This document shows, piece by piece, positions 39,011-54,121 of a DNA stretch of 64,000 nt. The translations under genes were made by a program, and so were the position numbers. The stretch is from assembly GCF_006345805.1 (NCBI RefSeq), contig NC_043001.1, positions 35,464,001-35,528,000 on the forward strand, read 5' to 3'. The DNA is from Octopus sinensis. Taxonomy: Eukaryota. Position 1 is the first letter of the stretch. The number at the start of each line of letters is the position of its first letter. Below the pieces are notes generated by a model, which was not told the origin of the DNA, made no database searches, and worked only from the letters and a program-made list of their open reading frames with translations.

Positions 39011-39215
39011 TTACATTCATGTATGTGTGAGAGGATGATGTCTTATGATGTGCATCGTGTTAGTAATAATAGAGCTGGTTATGAGTAGCAGTGCGAGTTT
39101 GTATGTGGGCATGTGTGCACATGGATGTGTGAGAGTGCGTGTATGTGTATAGGCAAAATATTAGAAGTGGGACCCCCCACACAAACACGCATATACACAC
39201 GCACAGAAACACACA

Positions 39216-39258
<43 letters not shown>

Positions 39259-39472
39259 CAGAGGACGTCGTCTAGCAATACGATCGTCTTAATATGTTTA
39301 CTCCACATGTGTAATGTTACACTCTATATGTATTCATCTTTGAGTTAAAGTGTGCCCGGGGTATCTATGTCCATGTGACGGTGCGTTTGTATGTGTAGTT
39401 GTATGTGATGAATATGTAGGTATCTTTGTATATGTATACATACTTAGGTGTGCGTATGTGCTGTGTGTGGTC

Positions 39473-39504
<32 letters not shown>

Positions 39505-39629
39505 GGGTGGATGGGTGTATTGGTTTATATTTAGTTATGGATATAAATATGAATATATGAATATATATAATTATATATACATATACATATATACATACAT
39601 ACACACCACACGCACATATACATAGATAT

Positions 39630-39888
39630 GAATAAATAAACTCGCTCTGTTAAAGCCTAGCCAGGCTCATGGGCCCGGTTTCCCGGTTTCAATGGCGTAT
39701 GCGTTCCCCAACTGGACGAGATGCCAGTCCATCGCAGCGTTACTCATTTTTTACCAGCTGAGTGGACTGGAGCAATGTGAAATGAAGTGTTTTGCTCAAG
39801 AACACACACGCGTCGCCATGGTCCAGGAATCGAAACCACAATCTTACGATCAGTGTGCTGACACCCTAACCAGTAAGCCATGCGCCCC
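39630..39888 (-). mobile_element. Family C SINE (tail type 2)
   Basis: CAGCTGAGTGGACTGGAGCAATGTGAAATGAAGTGTTTTGCTCAAGAACAC core plus head. Confidence 0.88.
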
Positions 39889-39912
39889 ACATCATATACA
39901 TAAATATGTGCG

Positions 39913-39991
<79 letters not shown>

Positions 39992-40445
39992 TTAGATAGA
40001 TAGAAACACACACTCACCACAGTTTCTATTTTAGACTTCACATGAAAGCTGGTAAATATGTCGTCTAATCTAGGAGTATACAAACTACAGCGAATTCAAT
40101 AGAACACACACGCGGGTTTACTCAGTTTACATACCTTGGTCATATCTAATTTACCTGGTGTGCAAACAAATATGTTTATTGAGCACACACAGGGAAGCAT
40201 GTCCACGCACAACACTGTACAAGGTATTGTACACCCACCCACGGAGTATACACAGAGATGAGATTAAATATCTGAAAGGCAAACATACATGCAGAGTCTA
40301 CAAACGTATCCAATAGAGGAACCGCAAATTCTCAGAAGACAGCAACAACAATCAAAACTGTTGCGCTCTGTAGGTGTGAAAGCGCATATTGATGCGTTGT
40401 TATATCTAAGCGTTTGCATATACATGTATATGTATGTATAAATAT

Positions 40446-40848
40446 AGGCGCAGGAGCGGCTGCGTGGTAAGTAGCTTCCTTTAAAACCACATGGTTCCGG
40501 GCACCTTGAGCAAGTGTCTTCTACTATAGCTTCGGGCCAACCAAAGCCTTATGAGGGGATTTGGTAGACGGAAACTGAAAGATGCCCGTCGTATATATGT
40601 ATATATATGTATATGTAGGTGTGTGTATATGTTTGTGTATCTGTGTTTGTCCCCCCAACATCGCTTGACAACCGATGGTGGTGTGTTTATGTCCCCGTAA
40701 CTTATCGGTTCGTCAAAAATGACCGATAGAATTAGTACTAGGCTTCCAAAGAATAAGTCCTGCGGTCGATTTGCTCGACTAAAAGCGGTGCTCCAGCATG
40801 GCCGCAGTCAAATGACTGGAACAAATAAAAGACTAAACGAGTAAAGAG
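40446..40848 (+). mobile_element. Family B SINE, full length
   Basis: GGCGCAGGAG head, ACCTTGAGCAAGTG CORE-like box, internal TA/TG tract, LINE-like tail. Confidence 0.92.
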
Positions 40849-40859
40849 TTTGTGTGTAT

Positions 40860-41130
<271 letters not shown>

Positions 41131-41133
41131 TGT

Positions 41134-41459
41134 GTGAAGGCGCGTGGCTTAGTGGTTAGGGCATTCGGCTCACGATTGTAAGGTCGTGAGTTCCATTCCC
41201 AGCGACGCGTTGTGTCCCTTGAGCAAGACACTTTATTTCACGTTGCTCCAGTCCATTCTGCTGGCAAAAAGGAGTTGTATCCGTATTTCAAAGGGCCGGC
41301 CTTATCACACTCTGTGTCACGCTGAATCTCCCTGAGAGTTATATTTGGGGTACACCTGTCTGTGGATTGCTCAGTCACTTGCACGTTAATTTCATGAGCA
41401 GGCTGTTCCGTTGCTCGTATCAGCTGGGACACTCATCGTCGTAACCGACGGAGTGCTCC
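41134..41459 (+). mobile_element. Family C SINE (tail type 1)
   Basis: Head, core and tail ending CGTCGTAACCGACGGAGTGC; homologue at 48974-49290. Confidence 0.9.
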
Positions 41460-41484
41460 TATATATATTCATGTATATATTTGG

Positions 41485-41857
41485 GGGTGGTTGTGTCGCA
41501 AGTAGCTTGCTTTCCAACCACATGGTTCCGGGTTCAATCCCATTGAAGACTCCTTGGGCAAGTGTCTTCGGCTATTACCTCAGGCTAACTAGATTCTTTT
41601 GAGAAGATTTATTAGCTGGAAACTGGAAGAAGTTCGTCGTGTAACCACATGTGATGTCTTTCTCCTCCATCTTCTTTTTCTCTGTCTCCTGTATCTGAGA
41701 AAGGACTTCTTTCAATTTTCCGTCTACCAATTCCATTCTCAAGGCTTCGGTCTTGGCTATAGTAGAAGATACCTTACCAAGGTGCAACGAGTGGGACTGA
41801 ACCCGGCACCATGTAGTTGGTATGCGAGCTACTTACCACACAGCCACTCCTTCGTCT
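41485..41857. mobile_element. Two family B 5' halves in inverted orientation
   Basis: 41485-41640 (+) and 41703-41857 (-). Confidence 0.8.
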
Positions 41858-42111
41858 ATTTAGGCTGGTTTATGGGATTACCTTAGGTTTCCCGCCCATA
41901 AAGGGTTTCGGTTTATGGTATATCGTCAGATCCCAACGACCTGTTAGAGCATGACCTCTTAGAAATATGGAGGGAGAAATAGCTATTTATCTATCTAAGC
42001 GTAGTTTTTTGGTATCTGTTGATATGCCATAAAACTAAACCAATTATGGACGAGAAACCTAAGGCCCATAAATCGGCCATATATACTATATATACATATA
42101 TATATGTATAG

Positions 42112-42158
<47 letters not shown>

Positions 42159-43322
42159 TATACATAGACCTAAAGGCAAACAATTGATAGATAGATAGAA
42201 AGATAGACAGACAGACATAATTGCCTACAAAAATACGTACATACAACACATACATACATACGTACATACATACGAACTTAGAAAGACTAAAGAAGGAACA
42301 CTCATACTGATATAAAAAGAAAACCAACTTTCAAATAAATATTCTGTGATAATAAAGTGTTACCCACAAGCATTCTAGAATCTTCACAGAACCACTCACA
42401 CATACATATGCCGTGTAAACAAATTTACTCACCGGACACGTAACCCGATTCTTTTTCTCTCTAAAATTTCTCAATCTCATTTTATTTCTTCTCTTTGTTG
42501 ATATTTAATGACATGGCTGTATGTCACAATGGCTTTGTATAAAAAGGATTTCTGTAAAATCCTTTTTAAGCCTAAGAAAAGGTTATGAACTTTTCAATTG
42601 AGATTGTAGCACCACACCTGATAGATATATTTACTGATCTAGCCCCCAAAGTTGTTTCAATCTAGGAAATGTTTGCGTCATGCAGACGTAGAATTTTGAT
42701 TTGATTTTTAAAAGCATTAAAAGAAACGTCGACTGAAGGAAATATATGACGAGACAGTGTGAAGAAAATGTAGACATAGGACAAGTCAATGTTGTCACTT
42801 GTATGTTGACATCAGTTGATATGTTACGTCTCTTCAACACGACATTTCCATGTACACAGTATATGTACAAGAGCTACTGGTTCCGGAATGTTTAGCCATG
42901 AGGGACACATATACACACGTGCATAGAAGTAGGGTGTGTATATATGTACATGTATGTATTTATGCGCACACAAAGATACGCACGCACAAACACACGCACA
43001 CATACACATACCTAACCACACACACACGGACTCGCAAAGAAACACGTACAAACACTCACATATCTATACAAACGGATATATATGTCTATGTATGTACGTG
43101 TATCAATGTGTGTGTATATATATACATACATACACACATATATATATTTACGTATATATATATATATACGTACATATATGTATGTATATATACATATATA
43201 TGTATAGTATAAATATATATATATATATATATGTGGGGTTATGTATGTGTACATATATATCTATATATCCGTCCGTGTATGCAACATAATCACTCTGATA
43301 ACCAACCACACAATGGGGATGT

Positions 43323-43561
<239 letters not shown>

Positions 43562-43565
43562 TATT

Positions 43566-44188
43566 TTAGTTTTGAAGAATAGCCCGTCATTGCCAGGCAA
43601 TTTTTACAACAAAATGTCTTATATAAAGTTTTGTTCGTTCCATGTCAGACTATGCCTTCCCCGACAGATAGGCCTCTTGATCGGGACAGATTTGTGCAAT
43701 TTTTCCCAAAAAGACTTCGTTGGGGATTCTTTTCCATATTAAATTATTTACCTGTCTGTTCGACTGTTTACATGACTTCATTCATTAAAACTTCATAAGT
43801 TCCTACAATTTTCGTCGTCGTAATGATTTGTTTTCGTTTGTATAAAAATAATCCTACTCCTAATGATTTTGAATTCATTTTGTGATAGACAGCTGTCAAA
43901 CAGAAAGTGCCAGCTATCATGCAGTTATCATGTAGAAAATGCCAGCTTCTATATCTTGTTTTCTGATTAGGTAAAATTGGTCAAACTTTAAATCTCAGTA
44001 ACATTTTCCTGTCATTTTTCTGGAACAAATAAATAACAAAACTGCTAGGTAGCACGCAAATTTTGAAAAGAACACAGGCGTGCAAAACCGAAAATGCCTC
44101 TATGTCAGCGATGCTGTTTTTCATACGTGATATAGTGGTGTTACAAAATTTGACTTGTGCATATTACTTTGTATTCTATTCTTAAAGA
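43566..44188 (-). mobile_element. Probable non-autonomous Helitron
   Basis: Minus strand starts TCTTTAAGAATAGAAT; ends with hairpin GCCTG-GCAATGA-CGGGC then CTAA (CTRR); the A/T target flanks are not preserved. Confidence 0.45.
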
Positions 44189-44361
44189 AGTTATTATAAA
44201 AATTAAAACTCGTCAGGACTTTTGGGACTATCTATCTATCTATCTATCTATATCTATCTATCTATATATATATTATCTATATATATATCTATATATATCT
44301 ATATATATATAGATCTATATACCTATATATATATTATAGATATATAGATAGGAGATAGATC

Positions 44362-44397
<36 letters not shown>

Positions 44398-44519
44398 TAG
44401 ATATTATCTTTACACATATATATATATATACATATATATGACATATGTATATACATATGTATGCATACATATTATATATATTATATATATTATAGATCTA
44501 TTTATTATATATATATATA

Positions 44520-44560
<41 letters not shown>

Positions 44561-44563
<3 letters not shown>

Positions 44564-44729
44564 TCGGTAGCCACTACACCATTTTTTTCTCCTTGTTTGT
44601 CTGTGTACTTTTCTGTAGAAGAGCGTAGACTCAACGTAAAAGACTTTTTCTATTCCTGAACGTTATACTAATACATCTGTTTGTTTTGTACACCACCTGT
44701 CTTCGTCTTTTGTGTTTTCGTAAACTTTC

Positions 44730-44730
<1 letters not shown>
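44561..44730 (+). mobile_element. Family D repeat copy
   Basis: Homologous to 5580-5770; flanked by (TA)n on both sides. Confidence 0.8.
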
Positions 44731-44761
<31 letters not shown>

Positions 44762-44829
44762 AATGTGTGTGTGTGTATATACATGCATACGTATACTTGC
44801 ATACTTACATTTATACATATATACATATG

Positions 44830-45105
44830 CATATGTGGGCACAAGACATCACAAAATGTAACAGAAAAAAAATACGAAGTACGAGGACATGGAATATGAA
44901 CTTGTTTTTCAAACGACGAAGGAAATAAATGGAAAACAAGGCAAACAACACACAAAAAAAAGCGACCCTTCATCAGTTGTCAGTTCTTTTTCTGAACCTT
45001 CTTTCGAACAATTCATGTCAAGACACGTCTTCGAAAAAAACAGTTGCTCCCACAAAGCAAATTAAGTTAAATTTGGGATTTTGCGTAGGGTCAAAATTGG
45101 GATAT
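44830..45105. repeat. Family F repeat copy
   Basis: Reverse complement of 29965-30185. Confidence 0.8.
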
Positions 45106-45746
45106 TTATGCATACATATGTCTCTCTCTCTCTCACCTTCTCTCTGTATATGTGTGCGTGTGTATAAAGAATGCATGCATATATGTATATGTAGATATAT
45201 GCATATAATATATATATATATATATATATAGTATAATATATAAATATATATACATATATATATATAATATATATATATATATATACTTATTATATATATA
45301 TATTATATATATATTTGTTTATATAAATGTATAATTGCATACATAGAATCAGCTTACAATTGTCTTTATAGAAACTGATGACAATGTTCCTTTCATATGT
45401 ATATATCTCTCTCTCTTTGTTCGTATATAGGCGTGTGTAGCATTAATTTCGTGTGTGTATTTATGGATCGAAGAAGTTCCCATGTGTCTCTGTTAGACAT
45501 AGCAACCGCACTTCCGCTTCGTACGTGGGTGTGTGCGTGTGTGTTTGTGCGTTTGTGATTGCGCGTGTTTTTGTGTGTGGGTGTCTGTCCGTCTATATAT
45601 GCATGTATGTAATGTTTATGCTTTGAGTGTATGTAGTGTTCCTTGCAATGTGTGTATCTATACTCTACGGTCTCAACGTACGTGCCAATGTTTGTATGTG
45701 CACGTGATGTATAGTTTTTCTCTGCGTAAATATGTGAGTGTGTGTT

Positions 45747-45805
<59 letters not shown>

Positions 45806-46308
45806 ATGCCTGTGTGTGAAGTTCGGCACGATGGAATGAAATTACAGGGTGGAATGTCACTTCGGGTCGACACACAATCGAATTCTTCAGCAAGTTTCTA
45901 GACATAACAAATGAAAGGCAGAGAGACGCTTCGTGTCAAGAATACGATAGCCAATTACAGAGTATGGAACCAGAGAGAGATCTGAATTAGTGACACTCTG
46001 CCAAACAATACATTAATTAAGGACGGATATCTTGTCTTGCATGTGTGTCATAATATGTATGTGCATGTGTGTGTGTGTGTGTGTGTGTGTTTGAGTATAT
46101 ATGTATATGCAGTCATATGTATACATGTACAAATTTATAAATATACACTTATTTATGTATGTGTATATAGGTATATGCATTTATATGTATATATGCACAC
46201 ACATATATATATATATACGTGAATATATATGTGAATATATACGTAAACGTATATATATGCGTGAACATATATATATGCACGTATAAGAGTATATATATAT
46301 ATACACAC

Positions 46309-46356
<48 letters not shown>

Positions 46357-46437
46357 GAATATATTCGTACCCGCATATGCATATGTACATGTGTATAAAC
46401 GTACACGTATGCCCATACACGTGTATATGCATGCATG

Positions 46438-46516
<79 letters not shown>

Positions 46517-46774
46517 GTGTGTTTGTATGTATATATGAACGTATATATATATATAGACGCTCATATAAACATGCAAAATAGTTCCCATTGTAATCGAAAG
46601 TAATTTCTCGGAGTAACGGGTTTAGTAAAAGAAAAAAAATGAAATTAATAAATAATTATATGACAGTACTCAGAGATAATATTTAATGCTAAACTCCTGT
46701 AATTGCTCAAATTATAAATGTGTATATATGTGTGTGTGTTTGTGTGTATATATATGCATGTGTGTGTATATGTT

Positions 46775-46995
46775 TGTGTGTCTGTGTTTGTGTCTCCTCC
46801 TAACATCGCTTGACAACCGATGCTGGTGTGTATATGTTCCCGTAACTCAGTAGTTCGGCAAAAGAGACCGGTAGAATAAGTGCTAGGCTTACAAATAATA
46901 AGTCCTGGGGTCGGTGCGCTCGACCAAAGGCGGTGCTTCAGCATGGCCACAGTCAAATGACTGAAGCAATTAAAAGAGTAAAAGAGTAAAGAGTA
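46775..46995 (+). mobile_element. Family B SINE 3' half
   Basis: AACATCGCTTGACAACCGATGCTGG...AGTCAAATGACTGAA. Confidence 0.88.
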
Positions 46996-47237
46996 TATTT
47001 TGTACATATAAGTATATCAGCCTGCGGGCATAATGAAAATAGGCTCTCAGGCACAATTGCGCCCGCGAGTGGGGGCATCCGCATCCCTGATACAATACAT
47101 TCTTGTATATGGAAAGAATAGTAAATTGTAACGATCGTATAATAAGTATAATAAGGTCAAAGTATCCATCTTAATAATTTGAACGAAGATATCAGTACCA
47201 TAATAGTGCTTTTCTTTCATAATTTTCTTTTGTTTTA

Positions 47238-47633
47238 GAGCAGTGAGCTGGCAGAAACGCCGGACGAAATGCGTAGCCGTATTTTGTCTGCCGTTACGTT
47301 CTGAGTTCAAATTCTGCTGAGGTCGACTTTGCCTTTCATTGTTTCGGGGTCGATAAATTAAGTACCCGTTACGCACTTGGGTCGATGTAATCGACTTAAT
47401 CCGTTTGTCTGTTCTTGTTTGTTATCTCTGTGTTTAGCCCCTTGTAAGTAGTAAAGAAATAGGTATTTCGTCTGCCGCTACGTTCTGAGTTGAATTCCGC
47501 CGAGGTCGACATTGCTTTTTATCCTTTCGGGGTCGATTAAATTAAGTACCAGTTGCGTACTGGAGTCGATCTAATCGACTAACCTCCTCCCCGCGAATTT
47601 TAAGCCTTGTGCCTAGAGGAGGAAAAAAAAGAT
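47238..47633 (+). mobile_element. Family A SINE heterodimer
   Basis: Unit 1 with tail type 1, headless unit 2 with tail type 2. Confidence 0.9.
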
Positions 47634-48201
47634 TTTTTTTTTGTATTCCACCGAAACAGCATACAATATCATGAGAAATCTTTCAGAAGGTTACTATGTA
47701 ATTCGTTGCTATTTTCTGATAAGAAGTGCAAAGCCAAGAAATCTTGTCATACACGTTGCAGACAGCCTGTGAGGTTAATGCAAAAGTTTGAATAAACGTA
47801 TACACAGACATAGACGAAACACACTCACAAAGCCCATCCGCAAACATATTCACAGAGACGCACACGCTTGCACACGTACACGAAAGCGCACACACGCAAG
47901 TACGCACACTCTCATAGAAACCCCAGATAAAGATATATACAGATATGCGCACACGCACGTCTATCATATCATTGTAAATAAAAAAAAATAACTGAACAGG
48001 GATATGGGGTTTTGTCACTCTGATCTGACTGAATGTTATCGCGTTGAAAAATGAGGAAATAAATACCTATTAGTTCAAACTCACACGCAAACGCGCGATT
48101 GAACATGCGCCTATACACACATTGTGTTTTTCTACATACATTTAATATATATCTGCATGTATGAGTACTGTATGTATTCACACACACATATACACACGTA
48201 C

Positions 48202-48276
<75 letters not shown>

Positions 48277-48279
48277 ATA

Positions 48280-48643
48280 CAGGGTTGGTCAAAAGTCACC
48301 TGATAGTAAAACAAACCCATTTAATACCAAGATTTATTTATGTTTAGCAGCTGAATGAATTTAATAAAAGCACCCAACACCAAAGCAGAAGACACCTCCT
48401 CCGAAAGTGGGGGCCCCGCTATGTCAGAACGGTAGAGGAGTAGGGGCCGAAACCGAACGTGGTTCCTCCTGATGATGTCTTGAGCTAACTGGATCCTATA
48501 CAGGAGCTGTTGTGGTAGCAGACCACGAAACACGGTTGTAATTTCTCCTTGAGCAACACAATTCTCCATTCAAGTCAATACAGAATAACAGACAGTATAT
48601 ATGGACTTTTGATTTACAGCAGGGTGACTTTTGACCAACCCTG
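48280..48643 (-). mobile_element. Tc1/mariner deletion derivative
   Basis: 21-bp perfect TIRs CAGGGTTGGTCAAAAGTCACC / GGTGACTTTTGACCAACCCTG; TA on the left flank only; minus-strand TVCYSVLT*MENCVAQG resembles a transposase C-terminus. Confidence 0.85.
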
Positions 48644-48761
48644 TGTGTGTGTATATGTAATATATATAGATATATATATATATTAATATTATATATTTAT
48701 ATATAAATATACATGCATATATGGGTACATACATATACACACATATATACGAATACATACA

Positions 48762-48935
48762 TACCAAGAATAATCAGCTGAAATTGCAAGGATACTCTGG
48801 TTCTTGACTGAAGATAGAAAACTTCGAATGACCCGTCCTTGTTTTCTTTGTATCGTCCATCTGGATGTTTTGTTGTCCCTTTTCGTATCACCTAGTTTTC
48901 CGGATGTTTTGCGTTCTTGTCCCATTTTGTATTTT
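48762..48935. repeat. Family E repeat copy (inverted)
   Basis: Reverse complement of 5791-5920. Confidence 0.8.
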
Positions 48936-48973
48936 ATATATATATATATATATATATAATATGCACATATACT

Positions 48974-49290
48974 GTGAAGGCGCGTGGCTTAAATTTAGGG
49001 TATTCGGCTCACAATCGTGAGTTCAATTCCCGGCGACGCGTTGTATTTTGGAGCGAGACACTCTATTTCCCGTTGCTCCAGTCCGCTCAGCTGGCAAAAA
49101 TGAGTTGTACCTGTATTTCAATGGGCCAGCCTTGCCACACTGTGTCACGCTGAACTTCCTTGAGAATTACGTGAGAACTGAGTACATGTGTCTGTGGAGT
49201 GCTCAGCCACTTTCACATTAATTCCACGAGCAAGCTGTTCCTTTGATCGTATCAGCTGGGACCCTCGTCGTCGTAACCGACGGAGTGCTA
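48974..49290 (+). mobile_element. Family C SINE (tail type 1)
   Basis: Colinear with 41134-41459. Confidence 0.9.
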
Positions 49291-49484
49291 CTTTTTATAT
49301 ATACACATATACTCACATATGCACACAAGTCTGTGTCTGTGACTCTGTGTGTCTGAGTTTGTGCAATGGATCATACCACCTCTGGTCTCTTTCTGCAGAA
49401 TTTGAAAATCTTTATATTTATAGTCTCCGACCCCCACCATGAGGAGTCCATTACTCATTAGTACATGGGTGGCCCAAATAAAAG

Positions 49485-49775
49485 GAGTAAAACTCCCTTC
49501 CGATCATGAATAACCATGGGATTGCATCTGAGTCACAAGTCCCGGCAAGGCTGTTTATGGAAGACCAGCTGTCTCCCCTCTCCACGCCGCCGATATTATC
49601 CAAGGGAACGGCAAAGGCCAATACAGCTAGGTACCAGTGACGTCACAACTTATTTCCACAGTTAAGTGAACTGGTGCAACGTGTAATAAGGTGTGTTGTT
49701 CAAGAACACAACACACAACCCTGTCCAGGACTCACTACCTCATGATTGTAAACCCGACGCTCTAACCACTGAGCC
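49485..49775 (-). mobile_element. Family C SINE (tail type 3)
   Basis: Head CTCTAACCACTGAGCC and core GTTCAAGAACACAAC; tail unlike types 1 and 2. Confidence 0.7.
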
Positions 49776-51263
49776 GGTCCTAATACATATCGGTTAATCA
49801 CCTCGATCTTTAGGGACTGCGATTTTGAAAAGCTGATTTGTAAAGTGTTATTTGGTCCCAAATTATCACAGATCATGAAACCTTTTGATCAAAGTTTTTT
49901 TTATCAAAATTTCTCGATAAACCGGGCTTTTCCGTTTAGGCATAGGTTATCGAGAACTTCAATATATATATATAATATGCTTTTGCTTTTCTAAGCTGGT
50001 CAAGTATTTTCTGATACGAAATTTTCTTGGAGCAGTGTGATATTCATTGTGAGGTTGTACATGTCTCTTATATGCCTCGAGCAAAACTTACATCGTGTAA
50101 AATATTTACAAAACCACACTGGCATCAGATGATTCAGTTTCTTAGAAAAAGCGCTGACGAAATAAAGTATTAAGGAATACATTATCCTAACAGAAAAACT
50201 GCAATTAATCAAGAACGAGAATTCTTCGTGAATTGAACAACCCTGCTCATATTGCTCCCCGGTGTAGAGAGCAAGGGATTGTCTTGATGGCAAAAAGAAC
50301 GTCAGTTTATAGAGAAGGAGGTTCAGTTCTTTGTTCTAATTTGCAAACAAGAAACCCACAGGCTCCGCTAGGTTTCAATATTTATGTGTTTTACTATTCC
50401 AGTACATGACTACCGACTTGTATATGATTGAATATCGGCTGCATTTGGGTGTGTTCGACTTCACCATACCTTTTAATGATGTCTGTCGAAACTAACAATA
50501 TATTACTGGGGATAAGGGTCAACGAGAAGAAATCTTATACAACCTCCGCTGTGAGGGTTTATTCAGAACATTAGCACTGAAGTGTAAAGAGAAGAGCCAA
50601 AATTTATCTATCCCAAGAAGAGATGTAACAATAATTCTGATTCCGTGCTTGGCAGAATGGATATACGTTCATATATTGACATCGGAAATTAGTGGATTTC
50701 AGCTATCAGGGAGTACATTAAAAAGTTTGGTAGCATCTCCATGCTACCAAGGAATGATGCCAAGTGAAGTGCTAAGATGGCGACTAAATTTAGAAGGAGA
50801 GAAATCATTAGTCATAAACGAAAGTTTGGAAGTTATATCTATGTGTGGTGTTTGTTTTAGCAGGATTTTCTATAATGACTCTTATAAGTATTTCAAATGC
50901 ACGAGATCCCATTAACACGCTGGTGGGTATAGACGTGTAGGCGAGCAGATTCTTGCAAAAGTTCATGCCGTCTCGCTGTGATTCACGACAGATGGAGTGT
51001 ATATTATCATTACAAAACTCCGATTTGCCATTTATATATACATGCGTTGAAATAGCAATATCATGGTCATTGCCGACGGAATTGACAACATATTGCATCA
51101 TGTGGTTTACCTCAAGGTAGGTGGTGAATGATAAAAAAAAACGATAGCGAGTAGAAGGCAACACTATGGATGTAAAGTGGGTTTCTGACACGTATAACAT
51201 GAGATATTATCAAAATCGAACCTCAAGATACCACTAAATTGCTGCTTAATCGATCAATTACAC

Positions 51264-51670
51264 ACTCTTTTACTCTTTTACTTGTTTCAGTCATTTGACT
51301 GCGGCCATGCTGGAGCACCGCCTTTAGTCGAACAAATCGACCCCAGGACTTATTCTTTGTAAGCCCAGTACTTATTCTATCGGTCTCTTTTGCCGAACCG
51401 TTAAGTGATGGCGACGTAAACACACCAGCATCGGTTGTCAAGCAATGCTAGTGGGACAAACACAGACACACAAACATACACACACATACATATATATACA
51501 TATATACGACGGGCTTCTTTCAGTTTCCGTCTACCAAATCCACTCACAAAGCTTTGGTCGGCCCGAGGCTATAGTAGAAGACACTTGCCAAAGGTACCAC
51601 GCAGTGGGACTGAACCCGGAACCACGTGGTTGGTAAGTAAGCTACTTACCACACAACCACTCCTGCGCCT
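51264..51670 (-). mobile_element. Family B SINE, full length
   Basis: Complete head-to-tail match to the 40446 and 53247 copies. Confidence 0.93.
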
Positions 51671-53246
51671 ATCTGCTGTTATTTTTGGTGCTTATGTGTA
51701 ATTCTAGATTATCATACATTCAACACCTACCTAATATCTCAAGGTGCAATTTCTAGATTTATTGCCTCATATGAACCATATTTCTGCTTAACTGAATATG
51801 ATCAATGGATTATTATTATTCTAAGAATATTGTAAAGTATGAACAGCGTATTTTCCCTCATTAGCTCTAACTCTTTCAAATTATTTTATTAATAACAATC
51901 ATTTTAGTATAACCATCGATTATTCAAACTGCTGCATCTTCATCAATTATTATAGAACTGGCGGTAACAGAACATATATTCAGGCTAACTTGAAAACAAA
52001 GCCAATATTGAAATAATTATTAAGTTCACTGGCGTGTCACCTTACAGACTAGTTTATAGCTATTATGTTAGGATATAAGTCGCCACTATTGTAAACTGCA
52101 TCATAGCTCTACCATCTTCTTACACTTCCACACCTCTTAGTATGATGAGTCTTTTCTGATTATACAACACACGATTATTAATCAATAAAGTTTTAAACAA
52201 TACATTTTAATAATAATTTTATGCCACCATTTAATATTCCTCTGGTTATAGTTCCAGCAACATCTTGCAGAAGAATACATTGTTATATCTATGTAAAGTT
52301 AGATTGATATTTAATCAGAAACTTATATAAGTACATCAGTATATTCATATCTTGAAAGGTGTATCTGAGCGTGCGTGAGTGTGTGTGTGTGTATGTGTTT
52401 GTGTGTGTGTGTATGTTTGTTTGTGTGTATGTGTGTGTGTGTGTGTGTGTGTGTACATTTATTAAATACATTACAAAGTCATTCACACCACTAAACGAGA
52501 ACACTACAAAGCCTTTTATGTTTTGTCCTGTGTTGGCCCAAACCCGAGCCAACATATGACCGAGGGTAGACCAGCTGGTCATTTTTGAGAACCTATTAAA
52601 GATGCTATGGTATCTGTGTTTCGGAAAGGTTTGATTAATCAAGAATGAGTTCTTCAGATTTTCTACAACTCTGTGTTCTTCCTAATGAGTTCTTACCATG
52701 TGAAGTTGAACTGGCGAATATTTCCGTCAGAGCATATGATTAACATTCTAATGATCCTTCAAAACGTCTGCAACTCACGGATGCCGCAAGATCTTTAAAG
52801 AAACACTGAAGCAACCTAGATGGAGTAACATCATAAATCTCTTATCAAAACCAAAACAACGGAAGTAAAACGTTTTTTCAGTCTGAATGAAATTACAGAA
52901 ATCTATTAATCTGCAGAAACACTGGAAAATGCTTATCTAAGTCTTATAAAAGAGCAACAAAATGCGAGTGTGCTTTCGAAAAGATATACATAGATATAAC
53001 TGAGATCTTCAGAACCAGTTCAACAAAAAAATATATACATCACTCTTTCAATATATTTGGAAATTCAAAATACGAGTAACCAACGATATGAAGTATTATC
53101 GAAAGTTTGGCAATAAGCACATGGTACTAAGAAACCCAACATGTCCATTGTAAAGAATAAAACAAGAAAAGAAAAGAGAAAATAAACACTTTAATAACAA
53201 CAGATTGCAAATTAAGAAACATGGAATATTTTCAATATGTTCACAT

Positions 53247-53462
53247 AGGTGCAGGAGTGGCTGTGTTATAAGTAGCTTGCTTACCAACCACATGGTTCCG
53301 GGTTCAGTCCCACTGCGTGGTACCTTGGGCAAGTGTCTTCTACTATATCCTCGGGCCGACCAAAGCCTTGTGAGTGCATTTGGTAGATGGAAACTGAAAG
53401 AAGCCCGTAGCATATATGTATATTTATATATATATATATATATAATATATATATATATGTGT

Positions 53463-53502
<40 letters not shown>

Positions 53503-53708
53503 ATGTGTCTGTGTTTGTCCCCCCAACATCGTTTGACAACCGATGCTGGTGTTTTTACGTTCCCGTAACTTAGCGGTTCGGCAAAAAACCGATAGAATGA
53601 GTACTAGGCTTACAAAGAATAAGTCCTGGGATCGATTTGCTCGACTAAATGCGGTGCTCCAACATGGCCGCAGTCACATGACTGAAACAAGTAAAAGAGT
53701 AAAGAGAG
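53247..53708 (+). mobile_element. Family B SINE, full length
   Basis: Complete; expanded internal TA/TG tract. Confidence 0.93.
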
Positions 53709-54026
53709 AGAATATATCATCCACTGCATTGTCCAATACGTCTTTTATAAACGATTCACTGTCAGAATTTGAGGAAAGTTTGGCTATTATCTCTAGCATG
53801 ACGACTGAGCATGTTGATGCCTCGCCCCTTGCCTCGTTTGAGATTTCTATTGATGTGCGAGGCGTGGTTTGGCTGTGTTTGTTATTGTTGTTGTTCATTA
53901 TGCTAATTACTTTGTAAATTGGGGTAATCATATTGGTCGCGATAGCAATGGCATTTGTGATAATGACTGTTGCAAAGGAGTCAATAGGCGTGGTGTTTAC
54001 TATGGTGGCGGTTATAACGCTGGTTT

Positions 54027-54090
54027 TGATGATGATGATGATGAGGTTGATGATGATGATGATGATGATGATGACGATGATAACGACGAC

Positions 54091-54121
<31 letters not shown>

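Noticed and set aside
49791-51240. Tigger-like inverted words at 49912-49955 and complex ORFs 50000-51200
   Set aside because: No matched TIR pair, no recognisable domain, and stops in all frames; possibly old TE debris.
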